From: Okamejei kenojei
Lineage: Eukaryota
NCBI GenBank assembly: GCA_035221665.1
Contig: CM069160.1
Span: 15,314,001-15,378,000 of the forward strand
Reading direction: 5' to 3'
Length of the DNA: 64,000 nt
Shown: positions 36,443 to 48,862 of the stretch, piece by piece
Position numbering within the stretch: the first letter of the stretch is position 1
Layout of the letters: the number at the start of each line of letters is the position of its first letter
Translations under genes and position numbers: made by a program
The notes under the pieces: model-generated
Seen by the model: only the letters and a program-made list of their open reading frames with translations
The model's database searches: none
Told to the model about the DNA's origin: nothing

Positions 36443-38457
36443 GAGATGGATTTCTGTTTCTCAATGGCATGGGGTCGCTCTTTGGAAGAAGGGGAAGGAG
36501 TGGTGGGGGGGGAGGTAGTGAGGGTGGGCGAGTAGGCGTGGGGGGCAATAGCGTTTTTGGCAACTGTCCCGTATTAGAAGCCGGGACATCCCGTACACGT
36601 ACATTGGGCTAAATTGGTTTCGCCCCTTGTGTGCAGTAATTTGGGTCCCTGGAGAGTAATTGTGTGCATTTTTGGTCCCCTAATTTGAGGGAGTAATAGC
36701 AAATAGGTTCACAAGGGATAAAGCACATGCCTACTGCCCGCCCCCTAGATGGCGGGACTGTCGTATCTGAGAGAATGGAGCGGCTGGGGGGGCTTGTACA
36801 TCTATACTCTGGAGTATAGACGGATAGAGGATATCCAAATTGAAAACACCTCTAATTATTGTTATAAAGAAGGGTTTGGACACGCTAGAGCAGGAAACAT
36901 TTTTCCCGATGTTGGGGTAGTCCAGAACACAAGGGGGCCACACAGTTTAAGATAAAGAGAAAAGAAGCCATTTAGGAACGGGAGAACGAGGAAACAACTT
37001 TTTTTTTTTCTTCTCTCATGAGTTTAATAGTGAGTCTGATGAATTCGCTTACGCTGCCTCAGAAGGCCGGTGGAGAGCCGGTTCTCTGGATACTTTCAAG
37101 AGAGGAGCAAATGCATAAAGATAGCGAGAGTCAAGGGGATATGGGGTGAAAGACAGGAAGGGGTAACTGAATGGGGATGAAATCCAGATCCTTGATCCAC
37201 TTTGAATGGCATGCTGGTTCCGAAAAGGGGCCGAATGAAAAAAAATGGCCTACCCTAAACTCCTGTGCACCTATTGTCTATTGTCTATTTTCTATAGTGG
37301 CCCAGTGCAAATTGGGGAAGAGCAGCAACTTCAACTTCATATTGTTTTTTCCGCTTTGGGCAAATTTAAAAAAAAAAAAACCCCCGCCAGCGGAATGAAA
37401 CATTGAAATTCACTAATATTCAGATAGCACTCATCTCTTTTTGCTCTATTTTAGCACTTTTTTTCTCATTCATGCTTTCTCTTACTCTCTCTCTATCCTC
37501 TCCCCTTCCCCTCCTCTCCCAATCTCCTCTCTTCCTTCCCCTCTCCTTTTCTTCTTGTTGCATACCCCTTCCCCCCCATCTTTTCCTCCTCTCCCCTTTC
37601 CCTTCACCTCTCTCTCCCTCCCCTCTCTCTATCCTCTCCTTTTTCTCTCTCTCCATTTACCCCCTCCCCCTTCCCATTAGTGCCACCAACCAGTCCTGGA
37701 CTGTTCTCCGACTACATTCTAAATCTTTGGCTCCCCGGCCCACCCCCGGGCCGCCGGCCCCCCGGGGCCCCTCCCCCTGGGCACCAGTTCTGAAGAAGGT
37801 CCTCGAACCCCCGGACTCGACCCGAAAAACGGGGTCGCCCATTTCCTTCTCTCCCAGAGATGCTGCGCCTTGTCCAGCAGAGTTACCTTTAACCCCCAAG
37901 CATTATGTACTCTGCACTTGGACAGGTACATATAACAGGATAAAGTTTTGTAGGGATTTGGGCCAGGCGGGACTTAGTGTAGAATCGGCAAAGTTGGATG
38001 AGTAATTTCTCTTTCTCATCTCTTTATTCTTCTCTTTCCCCTTTCCTCTTACCCTCTCATACTTCCCCTCAGTCTGAGGAATTCACGATGCGGCAAGTTG
38101 ATGTGGAATTCTCTTCCCAGTCTGGGGAACTTCTCTGCCCAGAGGGCGGTGGAGGCAGGTTCCTCTGGATGCTTCAAGAGAGAGCTTGATAGGGCTCTTA
38201 CAAAGGTTCTCCTGCCACCAATTGTCTATTGTTTGGTCAGGTGTGGGCAAGTTGGGGGGGCAGGGGGGGGGGGGAGGCTGTTTCCTCGCTGTGTCTACAC
38301 TCTGTGGACCTGTACACAAGAGGACGTCAAAGTGCTGGAGTAGCTCAGCGGGCCGGTCAGCATCTCGGAGAACATGGACAGGCAACGTCTCAGGTCGGGC
38401 CGTAGGGACCGAGTAACCACGGGTCCCAAGACCAAGTAGCCTTGCTTGCCGCCCCAG

Positions 38458-38805
38458 GGTGTTGTCGCTGAGAAGATCGCAGTCATTCAGACACCTCCCC
38501 CATTGCGCCACTGAAGGTGACACGGTGATTCTCCCGTGAATTCACACCAACGCCCACGGACACATATCGGCCAACCGTTGTTCAAGGGAGCCACAAAAAG
38601 GGATGTCTGTTTTCCAATTATACGGATATACAGAGGACGAGTATTTCAACTCATCAAAGTGCCTGAAAGCACCGTCTACAGACATGGACGCTTCTATCAA
38701 TTTGAATAAGCGTGCGGATTAACGATTCCGGTCTGTACAATCTGTCAGGTGAAAACTATGACGAGCCGGGGCTTGTGGGACAGGGACGTATCTCACTGTG
38801 GAATG
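38458..38805 (+). pseudogene. V1 exon, second gene copy (frameshifted as assembled)
   Basis: Reverse-complement match to 2706-3044 with many 1-bp indels; probably consensus error rather than a true pseudogene. Confidence 0.7.
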
Positions 38806-39991
38806 GTAAAGTGACCACTCCGCTATCTCCAGGCAGCGGGATGGCGAATCAGACCCACAGCCCGCGACAGAAGTAAAAAAATAAATGAATGATGAGTGAA
38901 TGAGACGCTATTATCAAATGCCCGTATTATATGGTCACTAGAATACCATGCTGTAACCTTCCAAACAATCAATCGACTGATAAAGACATGTGACTGATCT
39001 AAAACTAGTCGAATAATAACAAGGTATTTCCTCAGGCAACCACATACAAAGTCAAGTCGCATCTATTATGTAGGAAGTCATGAATCCTGGAGGGCGTGTG
39101 TGTCCCCCGTCCTCCCCATGTATTTGAGAGGTGGGGGACTCCCCTCCCCCTCCACCCCCATGTTTTGTAATCTGATTTTGAATTTCGGATAGAGAAAAAA
39201 AAAATTAAAATCTCCGCTTCCACCAGACAGTGGGGGGTCACAGTTAAGCCTTGTTAAATGTCTTATACATCGTATTATCAATGCTGTGCATCATGTAAAT
39301 TGTTCGTTCTAGCTTCCCCCCCAGTCTAGTTTCAGTCATAAACAACTGAATCAAGCACCTTGAACCAACTAATCTTTATTTTAATACGAAGCGCATACAG
39401 TTTTCAACCTCTGTACCTACTCACCGCGGGTAGATCCTCCTATCTGCCTGATCAACCCTCTGGCCCTCGCTCAAGCAGAGACACTCCAAGGGTCACATAT
39501 GGTAGATGCGGCAAGTTGATGTGGAAATTCTCTTCTCAGTCTGTGGAATTCTCTGCTCAGAGGTGGAGGCAGTGGGAGGCAGTTCTCTGGATGCTTTCAA
39601 GAGAGAGCTAGATAGGGCTCATATTAAAGATAGCGAGTCAGGGGATAAGGGGGAGAGGCAGGAACTGTACTGATGGGAGTGATCACCATGATCAACATTG
39701 ATAGCGGAATGGTACGAAGGGCCCGAATGGGCCTACTTCCTGCAACCTGTTTTATATTGTTGGTCGTGTGGGCAAGTTGGCTGGGGGGGGAGGTGGGGGG
39801 GGGGGGGCTGTTTCAACGCCGGTGCACTCTGTGACAGTACACAAGAGGGACACAAAGTGCTGGAGTAGCTCAGCGGGCCACAGTGAGCATCTCTGAGAAC
39901 ATGGACAGGCCAAACGTCACTGTTCGGCCCGTAGGACCGAGTAACCAGCGGTCCCCAAGTACCAAGTAGACTTTGTCATGCCGCCCGCAAG

Positions 39992-40322
39992 GTGTTTTCT
40001 CTGAGAAAGATCGTGGGTCATTTCAGGACACGTCCACCATTGTGGCCACTGAAGGTGACACGTGATTCTCGCCGTGTCGTCACAACGCCACTGATCACAT
40101 ATGGCCTACAATTTGGTTCAAGGGAGCCACAAACGGGGGATGTCTGTTTCAATATAACCGAGAATACAGAGGTCGTGTCAAAGCGCCCGGATGCACCGCT
40201 ACAGACCAGGACGTTCTATACCAATTGAATAACGTGCTGATTAATGATTCCGGTCTGTATGTCTTCAGGTGAAAACTATGATGACGAGGCAAGTGGTACG
40301 GAACGTTTCTCACGGTGAAACG
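39992..40322 (+). pseudogene. V2 exon, second gene copy (frameshifted as assembled)
   Basis: Reverse-complement match to 1193-1522; ends ...cg|gtaagt; scattered indels. Confidence 0.7.
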
Positions 40323-40827
40323 GTAAGTGACCACGTTCCGCTATCTCCAGGGCAGCGGGAGGGGCAAATCAGACTCCACAGCCCGCGACAGAAGTTAAAA
40401 AATAAATGAGTGAGTGATGTAATGACGTGAGTGAATGAGACACTAATTATCAAAAGCCCTTATTTAAGGTCTCTATAATATCCATGTTGTATCCTTCTCA
40501 ATCAATCAAAATCGAGTGAGAGAGACATGTACAGATCATAAAGAACTAGTCGATTAAAACAAGGAATCTCCTCAGGCAACGACATCCAAGCATGTTGCAT
40601 CTACATTGTAGGAAGGCATGAAATCCTGGAGGCGTCCCCCCCTCCCCCCCGTCCCCCCCATGTTTTGAGAGGTGGGGACAAATCCCCTCCCATGTTTTGT
40701 AATCTGGATTTTGAATTTCGGTGAAAAAAAATAAAAATCTCCGCTTTCCACAAGACAGTGGGGGTGTCATGTTAAGCACTTGTTAAATGTCTCAATTAAC
40801 ATAGTAATAACATGAATGAGGTCACCA

Positions 40828-42233
40828 TGTAAATTTTCGTCTAAGGCTACCCCCAGTCTAAGTTTCAGCAGAAACATGAATCAGGCACTTGAAACAACTA
40901 ATCTTTATTTTAACAAAGCGCAATACAGTTCAACAGTAACCCTCTAGGCCTCGCTCAAGCAGAGACTCTCCAGAGGTCACACATCCCCAAGCAAAAGATC
41001 CGGTAGTGAGCAAAATTGTCCACTCCTGTTAAAACCCATGGGCTGACGAGTAGTACGCAAAGGAGCCAACGTGGACCATTTCCTTCGGCCATTTTCAGTA
41101 ACTCGACCCGACTTTGTATTTCCCTGCTCCGCAGTGTAATCAGCATTGCTGTGGAACAGTTTTTTGTAGGTGTGATATATGGTTAGATTCAATAATTCAT
41201 AATTTTGTCATATTCATAATTGTTATATTTTGGTTATAATGATTAATATGTTAATAAATTATAATTCTGTTAAAAAATTTGGATTGCAATTCTCCCCGCA
41301 ACTTTTAGCCTGGCATCCCAGCCATGCTGATCCCGGCCAGACTTCCCAGACGCTGTGGAAAGAAAATACGCACCTTTTTGCTTTTATTGTGAGGCCGAGA
41401 GGCAGAAAGAAAATGAGGAAGAAGATTTTTACCAAGATCTTTGATTTTTTATGAGGATGTTTCCGTAACCAGCTTCCATCTCCGCACTAGTATCATTGCT
41501 TCCGCTATTGGATCTTTGGTGCGTAGATGGAAGCCGGTTATGGAAATGGGACCGATTGATTACCCATGACTACTGTCTGCCCATGACTCTACTACGTCTT
41601 TTTCGTCGAGTGGACTATCTTGTTCGCTATAGGATCTTTGTCCCAAGCGCTCTCCCCCCCCCCCCCTCCCTCTCCCAGAAGGTCGATGCGGGGCCTAGCG
41701 CAGCAGACTTTTATATGTCCCGGGACCTCGATGGGCCGAACCAAACGAGGGTGGTATCTTAATAATCCAATTACGGATATCGATTACCTACAACATAACA
41801 GACATTTCCCTAAACCCAATAATACAGCGGCTAAAACAATGTATTCAAACCGAACTTCTCAAGGAAGCCAACTTCAAAAACATTTTCCCTGATCTGCAAG
41901 AAACCCGGACAAGGCTCAATACCTCATACAATCAACACTCGGCATACCCAAACATTATTTACAATTAATTACAATGTGTATGTCTGGTTTGCAGAGCCAT
42001 CCAATCCTTTCAAAATGAATTTTGCATTTAATTGACAGGGTCTGCAGATGTTATAATCTTTCTTGCAACTTGTGAAAATCTAGCTCTAGACACACTGCCC
42101 ATCTCATCCACTCCGCAAAGCTTGTCCCAACCCTGCAGAGAGAAATTCCAAATTGACAAAATCTCCCAGCAGCCCTGAAGCTTTTACCCCATTTTAATGT
42201 CCTATCCTCTCAAAATTTTGGCCAGGATTAACA
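40828..42233 (-). mobile_element. Solo LTR (~750 bp plus inserted MITE); 3' parts also at 529-688, 2022-2224 and ~39293-39500
   Basis: Minus strand starts TGTTAA and ends TTTACA, with a TATAAAA box at ~41709-41715 and AATAAA near the 3' end (605-610 in the clean copy). Confidence 0.55.
40992..41640. mobile_element. MITE with ~33-bp TIRs and 7-bp TSD (P-element-like); partial copy at 1-521
   Basis: TIRs caaagatcctatagcgaacaagatagtccactc and caaagatcctgtagtgagcaaaatagtccactc (second read from the cleaner copy at 489-521). TSD tcccaag at 41641-41647 matches cttggga at 522-528. Confidence 0.7.
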
Positions 42234-42809
42234 GGGGTGTCACTGTTTAAGCACACTTGTTAAATGTCTCTATTAACATCGTATTAACATGATGTGTCAA
42301 CAATTGTGGTTTGAAAATGTTCACGATGCGGGTAAGAATTACCATTTTGAACTAATTGGATGTATAGGTGGATGGAAAGATTTTAAACTAGTATCAGATT
42401 TCAATGGGTTTATGGTTATTAAGGATATCCAGTCAAATGGTTTTTCCTGGGTGGCTTGCAGGTAAGTCCCTCATCTAAGTCACTCATGTTATTTAGTAAT
42501 TTTCGTCCCATTCTCATCATCCTTTCTCTCTCTCAGAAGGAATATTGACGTTCAGGTCGAGACCCTTCTTTTTCAGAAGACTGACCTTCAAGACTGAAGA
42601 AGGATCTCGACCAGAAACATCGCCCATTCCTTCTCTCCATAGAATACTACTGTCTCAGTCCCCCGCTGAGTTTCTTTCTCCCTCATTTTGTGTCTAAAAC
42701 CTTCGATATCACAAGCATCTGCAGTTCTTTCTTTAAATTTAATAGTTTTTTAATGGAGCGGAAAAAAAAAATTCACAGTACCATCTGATGTATAGCATTA
42801 CATTTTCCT

Positions 42810-43630
42810 CCAATTTGTTTTATTTTTATAAATAATAATAATAATAATATAAACAAAAAACAAATTAATCCTAACCCACCCCTACCCTCCCCTAAATGCC
42901 TTGGCCTGATTTTATTCATTTATTCAAATGCCTATAGCAAATATTACAAAATCAATGCTGTGTTACATCACAATAGATAAATTTTGAACTTATAATACAA
43001 AATAAAAGGCAGATCCCCACTTAATGTCCACGAGTGCCCTCAGTCAACATGTAGTTCCTTTAGACCCTCAAAGTAGGATAAAAAGGGTTCCCCATTTCAA
43101 AAAAACTTCCCCATTTCCCACAGACCCCCTCAAATGTGAATTTAAAATCTTTTCTAACCTTAAAAAAATATTACGACGTCTTCCAAGCCCAAGCAGACAG
43201 GTCGGCAGATGGAAGGACTGTTAGATTTCCAGATCATCAGAGATTCCCTCCTACAGGCCAAAAGAAATAAATGATTGGTAAAATGTAATGATATCAGACT
43301 GGGTTGTATTTAAACCCAAGGTTTTTATCAGCCATCCAACACCAAATACAGCTACAAGCGGGCAAGGTCTCACTTGGCTGGTCATCATAATCCCAAGGAC
43401 TTTTTCAATTCAACTGATGGTTTTTAAAAAAACCACATGCCCATAGTTAACAGATTGGGGCAAGAACCCTAATGCATGAGCTAGATTGGCTGAGAGAACG
43501 AGAGCCACAACCTCTGTACAAGCCAAGCGTCCGTCCCTGTATAATGTTAGCAAGCCTGGCTTTGCTTAAATGAACCCTGTTAAAACTTTAAATTGTATGA
43601 GCCCCACACTAGCACATGATGAAGAGAGTG
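42810..43630 (-). mobile_element. L1-clade 3' fragment
   Basis: IQFKV.NRVH-like motif at ~43570-43600 followed by degenerate C-terminal region and 3' UTR. Confidence 0.55.
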
Positions 43631-43776
43631 GACTTTCTTTTCTTTCTTAAACGAGAAGGAATGGGTGGATGATTTGAACGTTGAACAAAGAAACAGCGTT
43701 GAGTTTACTCCACGTTTAGAGTGTTTATCTTCGTCCACCAGCGGGCATGATGCTCTGCTTCATATCTATTTCGCAA

Positions 43777-44070
43777 GCTGGAAGAACAGATCTTCACCGT
43801 GAAATCAAGCCAGTCCAGAAAGACGCGGAATGAGGGGCCAAGCTGTCCTCATGAGCTGTACCCACAATGCCAATCGCTCTAGAGGTGCCAGCGAGTACAG
43901 CTGGCACAAGGATGGCAAATAATTCTCCAATGAAACTCAGGATAATGTCAGGCCGTGTGATCGGGCCCCGATCCGCAAGATGACTCATATCACCCTTCTA
44001 TACAACTGGAGGCTGAGAGGCCAGAGTGAATCTGGAGATACTACTGCAAGTGCTTGTCAAGGTACTATAG
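43777..44070 (+). pseudogene. V3 exon, first (garbled) copy
   Basis: Near-identical to 44895-45150 over caagctgtcctcatga...ggccgtgt. Preceded by a possible acceptor (ctatttcgcaag); the 3' part dissolves into pentamer-repeat-like noise. Confidence 0.5.
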
Positions 44071-44894
44071 ATGGACTCGAGAGTCTAGTCAAGCATGAAG
44101 GAGAGTCTAGTGTTCTTGTGATAGGTCAAAGTCTGCCAGTATGTCAAGTCTAACGGTCATGACAGGTGCATGTGTCATGTTTAGTCATCAGTGTAATACG
44201 GTCATGTCAAGTATAGTCAAGTCGTGGAGTCATGTCAGTCATGTCCAGTCTAGTGCATAGAGAGAATAAGTATTTGTCAAGTCATGTCTAGTCAAGTCAT
44301 GTCATCTAGTCATGTCAAGTCATGTCAGGTCAAGTATTCAAGTCAAGTCATGTCAAGTCTAGTCATGTCTAGTCATGGTCAAGTCTAGTCAAGTCTAGTC
44401 AAGTCTAATGAAAGTCGTCAAGTCATGTCAAGTCTAGTCATGTCTTATAGTCAAGTCAACGTCAAGTCAAGTCTAGTCTAGGCATGCCCCCCCCCGCGCC
44501 CCCCCAAGTCTCGTCATGTCAAGTAAGTCTAGTTTCATTCAATGTCAAGTCAAGTCTAGTCATAAAGTCGAGGCTTGTGTCAGTCCAGCACCCTTTGTGG
44601 GCCAACTCCAGAAGCACACGGGCCAACTCTTCATTCACCAGCCACGGCCGAGTCGGTCAAGGATTGTTGCCGTCGGGTATTTGTTCATATTTATGTCTCT
44701 TAATTTGGAGCCATAATTTTGTCTTCTTATTTGGGAATGGGAAAGTTGGCAATCCCTATGCCGGAGTGGAGTAGACAAATAGGTGCAGGTAGTAAGGCCA
44801 TATGTCCCTTCGAGCTAGCACCTAAATTCAATTGTCATCATGGCTGTCATCCCAATCAGTACCCCCCCGTTCCTCCCAATCAGTACGCCCACCG

Positions 44895-45212
44895 TTCTTC
44901 ACCACGAGAAGCAAGGCCAGTCCAGAAAAAGTCCGGTATGAGGGCCAAGCTGTCCTCATGACTTGTACCCACAATGCCAATCGCTCTAGAGGTGCCAGCG
45001 AGTACAGCTGGCACAAGGATGGCAAACAAGTCTCCAATGAAACTCAGGAGTACGCAGGCCGTGTAATCAGGCCGCTCCAAATGACTCTTTCAAAACACTT
45101 CTTACCACTGGTGGATGTGGGCAGTTGACTCTGGAGATGATACTGCAGGTGCGGATAGAAGGAGTCGGTGAGGCCGAGGCAGAAGGCGTGAGTCTGGAAG
45201 TGAACGGGACAG
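44895..45212 (+). CDS. V3 exon: divergent third NKp30-like V domain (frameshifts as assembled)
   Basis: Reads EGQAVLMTCTHNANRSRGASEYSWHKDGKQVSNETQEYAGRV, then after indels gactctgga (DSG), tactgc (YC) and VRIEGVGEAEAEGVSLEVNGT, ending gggacag|GTGAGT (phase 1). Confidence 0.7.
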
Positions 45213-45253
45213 GTGAGTGGTTTATCAGTGTATACGGGCAGCGTCCGTGGAGA

Positions 45254-46040
45254 AGTCAAGTCATGTCAAGTCTAGTCAAGTCTACTCATGTCATGTCAAG
45301 TCTAGTCATGTCATATCAAGTCATGTCAATGTTTAAGTCAAGTCATGCAAGTCATGTCAAGTCATGTCAAGTCAAGTCCTAGTCAAGTCAAGTCATGTCA
45401 AGTCTAGTCAAGTCTAGTCATGTCTAGTCAAGTCTAGTCAAGTCTAATGAAGTCGTCAAGTCATGTCAAGTCTAGTCAAGTCTAGTCAAGTCATGTCAAG
45501 TCATGTCAAGTCTAGTCATGTCTAATGAAGTCGTCAAGTAATGGCAGTCTAGTCATGTTAGTCAAGTCATGTCAAGTCTATGTCAAGTCTAGTCATGTCT
45601 AGTCATGTCAAGTCATGTCATGTCAAGTCATGTCAAGTCATGTCAAGTCAAGTCTAGTCATGTCAAGTCTAGTCAAGTCTAGTCAGGTCATGTCAAGTCA
45701 TGTCAAGTCTAGTCAAGTCTAATGAAGTCGTCAAGTCATGTCAAGTCTAGTCAAGTCATGTCAAGTCATGTCAAGTCATGTCAAGTCTAGTCATGTCTAG
45801 TCATGTCAAGTCATGTCATGTCAAGTCATGTCAAGTCATGTCAAGTCAAGTCTAGTCATGTCAAGTCTAGTCAAGTCTAGTCAGGTCATGTCAAGTCATG
45901 TCAAGTCTAGTCAAGTCTAATGAAGTCGTCAAGTCATGTCAAGTCTAGTCATGTCTAGTCAAGTCACGTCAAGTCAAGTCTAGTCTAGTCATGTCAAGTC
46001 ATGTCAAGTCTAGTCATGTCAAGTCAAGTCTAGTCAGGTC
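45254..46040. repeat. Pentanucleotide array of GTCAA/GTCAT/GTCTA variants; noisy copy at ~44080-44570
   Basis: Seen directly; contains a 198-bp higher-order duplication. Confidence 0.95.
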
Positions 46041-46179
46041 ATTGGCTTTGTGTGCAGTCCAGCAACCGGGCCAACTCTATCATTTCACCCTGCCACGGCC
46101 GAGTCGTCTACGGATTGCCGTCGGATTGGTTCCATATGGTTGTCTCTATTTGGGAATTGGGAAAGTTGCATTCCTAGGA

Positions 46180-47060
46180 GATAGTAGACATAGGTGCAGT
46201 GTAGGCATATGGCCTTCGAGCAAAGCCACCTACATTCAATTTCATCATGGCTGTTCATCCCCAATCAGTACCGTTTCCTGCCTTCTCCACCCATTTTCAC
46301 TTGATCCGCTGTTTTAAGAGCCCTATCAAGCTCTCTCTTCGAATGGATCCAGGAGAACTGGCCTCCAACGCCTTGAGGAGAGAATTCCACAGACTCAATC
46401 TGGGTGAAAAATGGTTTCCCTTCTCGGTTCTAAATGCTTACCCCCTGAATTCTTAAAACTGTGGCCCCTGGTTTCTGGACTCCCCCCAACATTGGGAACA
46501 TGTTTCCTGCCTCTAGCGTGTCCAAACCCTTAATAATCTTATAAGTTGCAATAAGGATTCCCTTCATCCTTCTCAAGCTCCAGAGTATACTAGCCCTGCC
46601 ACTCCGGCAAAGCCTGTAGATTGGTAACACCCAGCTCTAATTGGCTCGTGGAGTCTTAGTCACACGGGGAGGACAACCATCAATAAGGTCGAGTGGAAAT
46701 GGGCCACAAATTGCCAGAGTAAACTGGAGTATAGGGAAGAGTTGGTGATCTAGGATTGCATGGTGCATGTTAATTTAGTGTATAGTCACAATTAGATTAT
46801 GGTGACCAAATCAGCCTTTGGCACGTTGGCCTTCATCAGTCAGATGTATTGTGTATAAAAGTTGGGGATGTCATGTTGCAGTTGTATAAAGACGTTTGTA
46901 TGAGACCGCATTTAGATATTGTGTTCAGTTCTGGGCACCATGTTATAGGAAGATGTTTTCAAGCTGGAGGGGTACGGGGAAGATTTACCAGGATGTTGCC
47001 AGGACTAGACGTGATGAGCTATAGGGAAAGGTGTGTGTAGGCTGGACTCTACATGTTCTT
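46180..47060. mobile_element. Two CR1 fragments (46180-46600 minus; ~46690-47060 plus)
   Basis: LIATYKIIKGLD and RPHLD..RFTRMLPGL motifs. Confidence 0.7.
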
Positions 47061-47079
47061 CCTGTTCTGAGGGTGGGGA

Positions 47080-47480
47080 TAAAAATCCAGGATTTTTGAA
47101 ATTTTTTGAAAAAAATATATTAAAATCTCCGCTTTCGCAGACATTGGGGGGGTGTCACTGTTTAAGCGCTTGTTAAATGTATCTATTAACATCATCTTAA
47201 CACGATGTGTCACAAATTGTGTTTTCACCTTCAAGTATTACTGAAGGTATTCACGGAGAATTTATTAAAGTTGTCTGATGCGGGTACAATTACCATTTGA
47301 ACTATTTGGATTGTCTGGTCTGGTTGGGAAAGGATTTAAACGGGTATCAGATTTAAATAGTTAGGTCATTATGGGATCCGGTCAAACGGGTGGGTGTCCT
47401 GGCTGGGCGAGCCTTACAGGAAGTCCCTCATTCAACGGTTACTCACGTTATTTAGTATGTTTTTCCCCTCACTCTCTCTC
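47080..47480. repeat. Unclassified dispersed repeat (also 689-900, 2225-2435, 42234-42530)
   Basis: Shared aaaatctccgctttc...ggggtgtcactg...gatgtgtcac sequence; superfamily not determined. Confidence 0.5.
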
Positions 47481-48154
47481 TCCCCCCTCCAAGGTTGGTT
47501 CTTCTGTTTGCCTTTATTTGCTTCAGTTTTATTTGTTTAAGTGTTATTTATCACATTGTAACTTTTGAAAGATTCAAGCGGGAATCACACGCTGAGTGTG
47601 TCTTTGCTTACTGAATAAAGTATTTACAATATAAAAAATACAAGAAAAATGTTTTAAAAAAAACGACGTACAGGTTTGTAGGCTAATTGGCTTGGTATAA
47701 TTCTAAATCGTCCCTAGTGTGCAGGGATTACTGGTCCGCACAGACTCGGTGGGCCGAATGTTCTGTCTCTCTGCTGCACCTCAGAACTAAGCTAAACTAA
47801 CATTTAGCCTATAGGTGAACCTCCCTGTTTCAGGTCATCTGTTGCCAGCTCAGATTTATCCTGGTCTTTTCTTGCTTCCAGTGCCACCCTCCCCACCCCT
47901 TCCTCAACAATCAGTCTGAAGAAGGGTCCCGACCTGAAATACGTCACCTACCCATTTTCTCAGTGGTGCTGTCCATGCCTGTCCCTCACTGAGTTACTTA
48001 CTCAGGACAATGTTGTGCCTATCTTTGGGTTTAAAAAACCAGCATCTGCAGTTCATTTTACATCACAATGATAAACTGTTCAGATCTGCCTGCATTTACC
48101 TGTGTGCTGGACTGACATTGAGGGGCCGAATGGGCCTGTTGTTTTGTGTTGCAG

Positions 48155-48301
48155 GTTTCTGAGCTGTTTGTCTTCTCCACTCTGGGAAGATAATTAAAAG
48201 TGCCACCATTCGCCTGCGGATCCTGGCATTGTTGGTCGCGTTGGAAGGATGCATCCTTCTCGTCATAATGCTCCTCGTCAGGCAATCCCGCAGAGACAAA
48301 C
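48155..48301 (+). CDS. Stalk/transmembrane exon of the NKp30-like receptor
   Basis: Acceptor gttttgtgttgcAG|, donor c|GTAAG, 147 nt, phase 1-1. Encodes KSATIRLRILALLVALEGCILLVIMLLVRQSRRDK (hydrophobic run then basic stop-transfer). An in-frame TGA at 48160-48162 may be an indel error. Confidence 0.65.
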
Positions 48302-48449
48302 GTAAGGACAATGAGCTATTTAACTCTCTGACCAGACGAACTGGGTGGGTCAGTGTGTCTCACACTATCCATATTCCCTCTGGGACTGGATGGGACAGTG
48401 TGTCACACACTATGGTTTGTGTAACTAGAGGGTGTGATCTATCGGGAGA

Positions 48450-48862
48450 GGTTGAGCAGGCTGGGACTCAATTCCTTCGAGCGCAGGAGGATGAGGGGTG
48501 ATCGTATAGAGGTGTGTAAAATCATGAGAGGAATAGATTGGGAGTCTCTTGCCCAGAGTTGGGGAATTGAGGACCAGAGGACATGAGTTCAAGGTGAAGG
48601 GGAAAAGATTTAACAGGAATCTGATGGGTAACTTTTTCACACAAAGGGTGGTGGGTGTATGGAGCAAGCTGCTAGAGGAGGTAGTTGAGGCTGGGACTAT
48701 CCCAACGTTTAAGAAACAGTTGGACAGGTACATAGATAGGACAGGTTTGGAGGGATATGGACAAAGCGTAGGCAGGTGGGACCAGTGTAGCTGGGACATG
48801 TTGGCCGGTCTGGGCAAGTTAGGCCAAAGGGCCTGTTTCCATACTGTATCACTCTATGACTC
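48450..48862 (+). mobile_element. CR1 LINE 3' fragment
   Basis: RTRGHEFKV...FFTQRVVGVWSKL...FKKQLDRY and actctatg tail. Confidence 0.85.

Larger units (their letters stand above)
32704..41528 (-). repeat. Inverted copy of 1-8122
   Basis: Position 1 (atctacgc) pairs with 41528 (gcgtagat); collinear throughout and indel-rich. Confidence 0.95.

Noticed and set aside
37403-38005. 200-aa Ser/Pro/Leu-rich ORF with a hydrophobic N-terminus
   Set aside because: Inflated, garbled copy of the short pyrimidine tract at ~3630-3665 (reverse complement); likely consensus noise.
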